This document shows, piece after piece, positions 53,555-64,000 of a stretch of DNA of 64,000 bases. Both the position numbers and the translations under genes were made by a program. Below the pieces are notes generated by a model. That model was not told the DNA's origin. It searched no databases and saw only the letters and a list, made by a program, of their open reading frames with translations. This DNA comes from Octopus sinensis (Eukaryota): NCBI RefSeq assembly GCF_006345805.1, contig NC_043000.1, forward strand, positions 71,858,001-71,922,000, read 5' to 3'. The stretch's first letter is position 1. Every line of letters begins with the position of its first letter.

Positions 53555-54424
53555 ATGTGTGTATATGCGTAAATGTGTATGAGTGTGTGTGTTTGAACGT
53601 CTGTGTATGTGTGTGTATCTATGTATTCTATGAGTGTTATTAAAATAAAATTTGAGAATTGAAATATTTTTGTTACCAATTCCAATGTTTAAATGCTGTT
53701 GTTATCTCATGTAAGCAGACCTAAGACCAAGGGCAATCCAGCCTTGAGAATTATATTTTTTGGTGGGTATTGTAAGCTAAAATCATACTATGCCTTTTTT
53801 CCCCATGACATGAGGGTGTGTTGGTTGCTATTTCTAGCATGTTAAGCAACCACGTAGTGGTTCACTCGTTGCCTCTAGGAAGTTTAAATTTAATTGATAT
53901 GTGAGATTTCGCAGATACGGTCGCCAACTGAAAAAGCAATTTACTGTTATTAGATGGAATTACACAAACACTACACGGGGCAAATAGTGGAACGCTCATT
54001 ATAAATAACACTACTTTATATTTGGTAAAACATTGCGAGACTTTAATGTATATGAATGACTGAAATATAAATATGAACAGAATTAATCAGAAGTTATTAA
54101 ATCTGATGACCCTGAAAGGTTATGGATTTATCTTTTAGATATCACTACTTTATAAAACAAATATTTTTTATAAAAGAAATACGAAAATAATTCGTAGCTT
54201 TATTTCGGATAAGCTGGTGATAGTCTCCCATCAGCATTACAAAGCACTCGTGAGCAAATATTTACAACATATCAAATATTTTTCTTAAAAAAAATGGTTT
54301 CTAAAATTATTGTACTCCACTAAAACGTAATTAAGATGTGAGACGGTTTGTTCGAAACTTAACCTTATGAAATTAGTTTTACATGCTTCGGAGTTTGATA
54401 ATAAAGATAAAAATGGTCAAATAA

Positions 54425-56778
54425 CACTGGTCAACAAAATTAAATGTATTATACCCATGAATACAAACCAACATTTTTAGACTAATTTTTCATGCTGATT
54501 TCAAAATTTTACTCCATTTGTATGCAGCATGTATCAGTTTTTTAGTAGATACATGCATATATTTACATATTTGTATATATGAAATCATTAACGTAATAAA
54601 TAAGGACATACTATATTTAGAAAGTAAATGAGTTTATTGAGTTAAAAAATCATCACTGTCATTCTACAAAGAGTGAATACACAAGACATGGGTTTGACAA
54701 AACAGACCAAGTTAGCACAACAGAGTTAGAAACATTATGGTCTGGATATCCTGCGGTGTTCCTGATCTGGTTGATCACGGTAAAGTGTCCAGCTGTAGTC
54801 AGCCAGCATATTGTCATTCTAGAAGCCTTGCGGCCGTTTCTCCATAGCACTAATGTCCTGGTTAAATCTTTCACCATGTTCATCAGACACTGCGCCAAGC
54901 TTATCTGTGAAGAAATCCAGATGGGTATCCAAGAAGTGAACTTTCAGTGGCATGCGACATCCCACTGCTGAGTAACATTTCAGAAAATTCTTGATGCCAT
55001 CTTTGTAGTCCATTGCCTTCTTGTTTCCCAAGAAATTCTCACAGATCCAATGAAAGCTTTCCAGGCAAGCAGTTCCAGTTCATCTAGTGCTGTCTTGAAG
55101 TCGACATCGTTGAGTATTTCTCTAATTTGGGGTCCGTCAAAGATACCCTCTTTCAACTTCGCCTATGTTAATTTAGGATACTTTTCTACAATATACTCAA
55201 ACCCTCTGGCATTTCTCTTCCCTAGTGTCTTCACAAACTGTTTCATCAGTTCAAGCTTTATGCACAAAGGAGGCAATAGAACATTACATGGATCTACAAG
55301 AGGTGTATTCTTGACGCTAGACAGTCCTGGCTGGTATGATGTTTTTGTCTGTCAGTTTGATTCCGAATAATCTTTGTCAGTTGCTCGACTATCCCATAGA
55401 CACAAGAAACAACAGTATTTTGTGAAACCTCACTGTATTCCCATTAATATTCCAGTGACATTTAAATATCCACGAGTACTTTCATAAGCAATGGTATGAA
55501 GTAAAAGTTCCATATTCTCCTATGATTCATGAAGATTAACGGAGTGTGCAATAGAAATGGAGGGCTTCAAATTACCATTGTGGAGAAGTACAGCTTTTAA
55601 ATTTCGATTTGAAGTGTCAATAAACAAATGCCACTCTGCAGGATGATGATTTTGTGGTAAACATTCGAAAAGTCCATCGATGTTACTGCAAAAGCAAAGC
55701 GGGCTTTTAACAGAAAAACACGTTTGTAGAACCACATTTCTCTGCCGAAAATAAGTTACACGAACACCGTGTTCTAGACTTCTCCTTTAGTCTTTATGCC
55801 AACAGTTCTGCTTTATCTTTAGCGACGGGATAGGTTTCTGACAAGGTCATTCAGTTCAGCTTGGGAAATTTTCTGAGGTTCAAAGCTATCGTCATCAGCC
55901 ACGTAATATTCCTCAGCAGCACTATCGTGACAGTCAGCATCATCATCTGATGTTTCAGTATCATCATCTGGTGGAACTGGAATTGGCTGATTTCTATTGT
56001 GAGGCACAAGTCTCATTGCAGAATCCAAATTGGGATACACAATTTTGTATTTATTCTTCATAGAAAATTCTGTGATGTTTACTTTGCAAAAATAACTCAT
56101 TAAAATGATCTTTCGGTTCTCTCTATATCATTGGAATGGCCAAGGGCATGGACTTATTATTACTGAACCAGTCACATAAGCTGAGCAGATAAAATGTGGT
56201 GCCCATAACTTGTCCAGATCTCCAAGAGGACAGTCAAAGTATAGCTAACAAAGCTTCTTGATCTCTGGTGTTATTGCACGTTTTTGAGTTTTCACAATAA
56301 ATTGTCCACAGACATAACAAAACACATCAGGACGATTTCTACACTGTCTCGACATTTGTTAACACCGTGAAACAAGTAAGGAAATAAATATAAACAGTTA
56401 TACTTATATTGAATTTGAGATGATGAAATATTTCATCAAACCAATTATGACCGGACAATTTGAGATGTTAAAATACCTATTTCATCAGACAAAACTTGAC
56501 TGGTTAATTTAAGATGATGAAATATTACATCTGAACTATGCAGCAATGAATAATGTAGTTTATTTTAAAGGTATGTTTCCATGATGTAAATGAAATACAT
56601 GCATACACGTCATTAATTGGAATTTCTATATCATGCATGAGCTAAAACCAAAATAACTTTCTCATCTTGAAAACTGTACGTGATGTCAAAAAACTAATTG
56701 TATATTTGAAATCAGCATTAAAAACTACACTAAGTACACCTTGACATATGCTTGATGAAAAGTACTTGTTGACCAGAG
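54425..56778 (-). mobile_element. Full-length Chapaev3-like (CMC superfamily) DNA transposon, decayed transposase at about 56355-54700
   Basis: TIRs CACTGGTCAACAA and CTCTGGTCAACAA, with flanks TAA and TAG. N-terminus MSRQCRNRPDVFCYVCGQF; WHLFIDTSNRNLKAVLLHNGN; KVHFLDTHLDFF...GAVSDEHGERFNQDISAMEKR. The superfamily name is from motif recall. Confidence 0.7.
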
Positions 56779-57189
56779 TAGTTAAACACAGTTGCAGATC
56801 TGGTAAATCACAACGAATTAAATTGTCACACTTCAAACCTACATTACTTTTCGAGCCAACGAAGAAGTCTCTCATTGGTCACCGGATCTGTTAGAAATAT
56901 GCTGTCATCTTATACAAGATAATTCACATTAGAGCAAGTTCAACTTGTTCCACAAAGGACGGAAATGTCTTAGGGGGAAAAACTTTTAACATGCGTGTGT
57001 TCAATTAGAGGTGAGCTAGGAAAATACAACTAGTCCGTCTTGCCCACTCGAAAGCCACTTATGCATTCGCTTGACCTGTGCAGCAGCCAAATCTCTTTCA
57101 AACTCTCTCTTTATTTAGTAAAGAATAAATATGTTGGGTGAGCGAGTGTTACGTGTTTCTACTTTTGGAACAAAACCTAAAACTTTTAG

Positions 57190-58450
<1,261 letters not shown>

Positions 58451-59505
58451 AGATAGACATACAAGAAACAGGCACAGAAAAAGCTAAGCGCATGAAAACC
58501 CGTGCTAAATCTGCGGCCTTAGATATTCTGAATGATAAATGGCAAGAAAAACCTCTCTATGGGAAATAGCCAAAGAGAGCAAATAATGCAGATGTTGACA
58601 AAGCCCTGACCTATAAATGGCTAATGGCCTCTGGCTTAAAATCTGAAACAGAGGGGTTTATCATAGCAGCTCAAGATCAATGCCTACCAACAAGAAACTA
58701 CCAGGCCAACATATTAAAGATCAGAAGCAGTCCAACGTGTCGTGTATGCCAGCAACAAAATGAAACCATTGACCATGTGGTCTCCAAGTGCAGTCTTCTA
58801 GCGCCTACAGAGTATCTCAACAGACACGATAGAGCTGCACAATATATTCACTGGGTAATCTGCAAAAACCTGGATTTGCCCCATGAAAAAAACTGGTGGG
58901 AACACAAACCACCCTATAGTGCTTGAAAATGACCACATCTCACTCCTCTGGAACTTCACCATTCAAACTGACAGAAAGATAGATGCAAATAGGCCAGATA
59001 TCATATTGAAAGACTTCAAACAAAGAACATGCCTCCTCATTGATATGACTGTCCCAATCGATATAAACGTATCTGTCAAGACCTACCAAAAACTGAGCAA
59101 ATATAAAGATCTTGAAATAGAAATCAGCAAAATGTGGAAGCTGAAGACTAAAACAATACCTGTTGTCATAGGTGCCCTGGGAATGATAGCAAAAGGGGCT
59201 GATAGCTACCTAACTCAGATACCAGGAAACCCAAAAATGGCAGAAATTCAAATGATAGTACTCATGGGAACTGCCCATATCCTACGCAAAATACTTTATA
59301 TGTAATCTCAAGGTTTAAAACAAACATAATTAAAAAAAAAAATTAAATTTAGACATTCATTAGTACAACACCAAAAACTACCCCCCCCCAAATATATGGC
59401 ACACTAGGCATAACAACAACATGAACTTCCAACCTGTTGTCTCTTGAGGTCTCTGGGTGAGACTTGGAGCCAACTTGTACAAATATAAAGCAAAAGTCAA
59501 ACATA

Positions 59506-59506
<1 letters not shown>
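58451..59506 (+). mobile_element. R4/Dong-clade RLE retrotransposon, 5'-truncated, inserted in (TAA)n
   Basis: ETEGFIIAAQDQCLPTRNY, CRVCQQQNETIDHVVSKC, RHDRAAQYIHW and endonuclease NRPDIILKD...LIDMTVP...KYKDL...PVVIGALG. Stop at 59305 and 3' UTR, then (AAT)n. Confidence 0.85.
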
Positions 59507-59573
<67 letters not shown>

Positions 59574-59589
59574 TAATAATAATGGTTTC

Positions 59590-59752
59590 AAATTTTGCAA
59601 CAAGGGCAGCACTTTTTGGGGAGAGGATGAATCGGTTACATCGACCCCAGTGTTCAAATGGTACTTATTTTATCGACCCCGAAAGGATGAAACGCGAAGT
59701 CGGCCTCGGCGGAATTTGAACTCAGAACGTAACGGCAGACAAAATACCGCTA
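59590..59752 (-). mobile_element. Family A SINE, 5'-truncated
   Basis: Core and B-box match. Confidence 0.8.
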
Positions 59753-60691
59753 ACAATGAATTTTAGTAAATTTTAAAACTTTAATATCTACAATTTTGTG
59801 TTAAAATTTTACCCTCCTTTTCTTTCCTTTCCTTCCTCCCTGAGTATTCGAAAATGTAAACATCCTTTTTATTGCAAAAACGCTACAGTCTTCTCTCATC
59901 GGACATACAAACGAACATCTCAAAAAATTTAGAAAGTTTAATATCTACAATTTTGTGTGAAAATGTTATCCTTCTTTTTTCCTTGACTACTCGAATATGT
60001 AAACATGCCTTTTATTATAACAACATTATTAAATGCATGATACAAAACCAAAAATTAAGGAGGTAACCACCTGCCAATATATACAAACTGAACAATTACA
60101 AAAACTGTAAACCACAGCAAAACTTATAAAAAGAAAATAAATATTTCAAAGGAAAAAAAAAATCAACGAGGTGAATATATCAGTATATATATAATTATTT
60201 TTTCTATTAGTAATTAAAAATATGTCTTGGTTCTTTTCAAGGTCAAGGTCAGCGCTCTCATTGATCGCTAGTAGTAGCAAACACATTTGACCTCTGCTGT
60301 CCCCAAGGGTGTGAGGCCGCTTTTTTCTCCTTATCGCACAGGAATGGCCATTGCTGATCTCTTCACCATCTGCCGAATCTGTTTACAGACCTTTAGAATT
60401 TATTCACCAAGCTATCGCTCTTGCTCCTACTATTCCTTTAAACACTCACATATTTAAGATCATCTCAAGTACAAGACCAAAGTTGAAACTAAACAACATT
60501 CAATAATATCTTTTAATAACAGATAGAAATAATAATAATGATGGTAATAATGGTGATGGTGGTAATAATGATGATAATAATAATTTAGCCAAAACATATG
60601 TCGAATCAGAGGAAATATTAACAATGACAAATAGTAGGAAAAAAATGAAAATAATAATATCAGTGATGATAATAATAATAATAATAATAAT

Positions 60692-63600
60692 GAAAAGAAG
60701 CGGTTGGAATCTCATTGTGCTCTGATTGATGATACATTTAGTGATGGTGCCACAATAAAAACACTGGTAATTGTGCCACCTGATAATCGCTACCTCATAT
60801 GAGTGGCAATGGAAAAGCAAAATATTGTGAATGACGGTGGTAATGAAACTGAAGCCCTTGATGGTGACACAGGCTCAGAGATACTGGTCCGACTCCAGCC
60901 TGTCGTTATCCAGTAAGGAATCAGTACACACGAAGTAGATGGACCAAGCAAATCAATGGAATGTTACTACCTGAGCAACCCCGTAGACGAAAATGGTGTT
61001 CCTCTTAGAAGATACCCACAACGTATTTATGATCAATGGAGAGAGAGAGGATTGTTTCAACTCACGAAATAGAGATTATGTGATCAAGCTAGAGGAATAA
61101 GAAAAAATCGTTGGTTCACAGAAGTAGAGCTCGAAGCTATCAAAAGACGGGTATTGGAAAATAGCAGCAGAGGAAACGATGAAAATACAGATCCTACTGA
61201 TAAAAGAAATCTCATAGCAGAGAACAGAGGTGAAATCGCCAATAAACCACAGGAAAGGAACAGTGACTGCTTGCTCGATGAGAGACATATAGATGGTTTG
61301 GAAGAAAACAATAAAACCAATGGTAGATGGACAGAATAACGGCAAAGCTACAGGAGAACGATAGCGACATTATTTGCAACCTTAAATAAAGGTTGAAAGT
61401 TGAACCAAGAAACAGAAAATGCAAATGAAATTCTGAAATACATCAGAACAAAAAAAAATCACAAAAACAAATAATTTGATCAAGGTAGCAAGTATCGTTG
61501 TTGCAGAAAATGTGTGTGTTGATGTCAAGAAAAATAAATTTAATGGGAGTGACAAAAGAATACAGGCGGGGTTAGATATGCTCTCGAAGGACATTTCTGT
61601 GTTAGATCGAAAAGGAAAGGGGGAGCTTAAAAGCGAACAAAAATACAGGGCACAGAAGAAGAGGTATGATATTGAAAGAAAGGGCCTGAAAGTGGTTATG
61701 GAGGAACTGAAACAGCGTCTCGTTGCAAAGAAAGCAAAGATAAGATACGACCAAAGAATGAAGGGTTACCACCAGAATAGGTTATTCAGAGTAGATCAGG
61801 ACAGATTCTACAAAAAAATAAATGAAGAGTGTACAGATGAAAAGTTGATACCAGATAACATTGAAAGTCAAAGGTTTTGGAGTGACATCTGGAGCAATGA
61901 CAAGGAACACAGGAAGGATGCTGAATGGTTGCAAGAATTGAAACAAACAGTAGTCTGTCCAAAACAGGCAGAACTAGTCATTTAAGTTAGGGAAGTGAAA
62001 GAAATTAGAACAAAAATGGGCAACTGGAAGTCCTCGGGACCAGATGGAGTTAAATGCTAGTGGATCAAAAGATTTGGTGAATGTCATGCACGAATAGCTG
62101 CACAACTCAGCACATTGTTAAATGCCGAGCAAGTAACACCAGAGTGGTTGACAATTTGTAGAACAGTGCTGTGCTTGAAAAACATCGAAAAAGGCAATAC
62201 GATAGACAATTACAGGCTGATATCCTGCTTGCTACTTACGTGGAAATTATTGACTGCAATAGTCGCAGAGAACATCTGGAAAAAATGGAGTTCTGCCACA
62301 TGAGCAGAAAGGTTGCAAGCGTAGGTGCAGAGGTACCAAGGATCAACTCTTGGTAGACAAACTGTAATCAGAGACTGCAAGAGAAGGAAAAGTAACTTAG
62401 CCATGTCATGGATCGACTATCGTAACGCGTACAATATGATCCCACATTCTTGGATTATGGAATGTAGGAACCTATTTGGTATTGCATCGAGTGTTGAGCA
62501 ATTACTTAGAAAAAGTATGGCGAAGTGGAGGACGGAACTGACAGCATATGGAAGAAGTTTAGGGACAGTAGAAATCAAGAGAGGCATCTTCCAAGGGAAC
62601 TGCCTGTCCCCACTGATCTTTGTACTGTGCATGATACCACTGATACCAATTCTGGGGAAAGCAAAGGCTGGGTATATATTCAAAAGCAGCCAACAAAACG
62701 TCAACCACTTGTTATTCATGATGGCCTTAAATTTTATGGTAAAGATGAAGCCCAAGTCAGTTCCCTCGTTGATACAGTGTATACTTTCAGTGATGATATC
62801 AGAATGGAGTTCTGACTGAAAAAGTGTAGTGTGTTAGTCTTAAGAGAAGCAAAATTAAATGTATGGGTGGGCTACCTTACCGCCGGGGGAGGTTATGAAG
62901 CAGATAGAAGAGACGGGCTATAAGCACTTGTGTATTTTGGAAACGGATAAATTGATGGAGAAAGAAATGACAAAAATTTAAGGTGAAGTACTTGCGCAGA
63001 CTGAGACTTATCCTTAAGTCGAAATTAAACGGACGGAATAAGATTGAAGCTATCAATACCTGGGCAGTTTCAATCCTTAGATATGGAGCAGGGGTAATCG
63101 CATGAACAGCAGACGAACTAAATAGCTTAGACAGAAAGACAAGAAAGTCACTGACTAGATATGGGATACTCCACCCAAAAAGTAACACAGACTCCGTGTA
63201 CCAAGAAAAAGAGGGGGATGATGACTGATTGGATGCGAACACAACGTTAGAGCAGAAGAAAACAGCATAACATGGTATGTAAAAAATTCCACAGAACCAC
63301 CATTAGTAGAAGTAAGAAGGTCCGGCTTGTGTAGGATGGAAGATTGCAAAGATAAAGCTCTATACAAGAAATTGAAAATGAATGAAACTGAAAATAGGTG
63401 GATAAAGAAAAGAATGCATGGGCAATTTCACTGGGATGCTGAAGATAAGACAGACAGAGAAAAAAGATGGCTATGGATGACTAAAAGTAATTTAAAACCA
63501 GAAACGGAGGCTCTAATCTGTGCTGCCCAAGAGCAAGCACTAAGAACGAATTACATAAAATACAGAATAGACAACACATCAGAAAATGATAAGTGCAGAA

Positions 63601-63808
63601 TTTGTGGAAAATATGGTGAAAGCGTATGACATATTATCAGCCAATGTACGCCACTAGCCCAGAAAGAATAAAAGAGACACCATGACAATATAGCAAGGAT
63701 TGTCCCTTGTAAAGTGTACTCTTATCTGGCGGGTAGTCATGATGTGTATACTGGGCTTCGTATATTTTATCTCTGTGTCACTTTTATGGCATGCACTGGT
63801 TTCTCACG
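60692..63808 (+). mobile_element. Second R4/Dong-clade element: near full length, decayed, endonuclease domain missing, flanked by (TAA)n
   Basis: N-terminal RLCDQARGIRKNRWFTEVELEAIKRR; RT motifs NWKSSGPDG, YRLISCL, WIDYRNAYNMIPHSW, GIFQGNCLSPLIF, HLLFMD; AAQEQALRTN and CRICGKYGESV.HIISQC, HDNIARI. The sequence then jumps to a 95-bp 3' end and (TAA)n. Confidence 0.85.
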
Positions 63809-63820
63809 TAATAATAATAA

Positions 63821-63899
<79 letters not shown>

Positions 63900-64000
63900 T
63901 TAATAATATTTCTCACATAATGATAATAATATTGATTTCTTTATTCACAACTAAGGATTTACAAAATCATTGAGGACGGAACAGACAATACAATATGGAG

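Noticed and set aside
59785-60020. Imperfect tandem duplication of about 90 bp
   Set aside because: Ordinary diverged local duplication with no coding or terminal features.

Overview
AT-rich, microsatellite-dense eukaryotic genomic DNA. The SINE families match those I recall from Octopus genomes, so the source is probably a cephalopod; this is an inference. Most of the window is transposable elements and simple repeats. One host gene is well supported on the minus strand (exons 29985-29434, 27461-27039, 25178-24591, 22902-22331). All three of its introns are GT-AG phase 1, and the exons splice into about 710 aa in one frame: an intact-MIDAS VWA domain, a Thr/Pro-rich linker, an acidic-then-basic low-complexity block, and a degenerate C-terminal VWA. 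Its N-terminal exon(s) were not securely found. Non-LTR retroelements: a near-intact CR1-type LINE, two L1/Tx1 pieces, RTE/BovB pieces, a HERO-like RLE element, two R4/Dong-like elements in (TAA)n arrays, a short non-coding element sharing its 3' end with one of those, and Penelope fragments. DNA elements: full-length Tc1, mariner and Chapaev3-like copies, hAT and Tigger fragments, and a Helitron-like element inside a palindromic foldback whose 3' end plus flank is tandemly amplified four times. An hnRNP L-like mRNA fragment is fused to a SINE tail. I see no clearly new multi-gene system, and there are no rRNA, true tRNA or CRISPR features. The findings are structural observations made by eye; family assignments come from motif recognition, not database searches.
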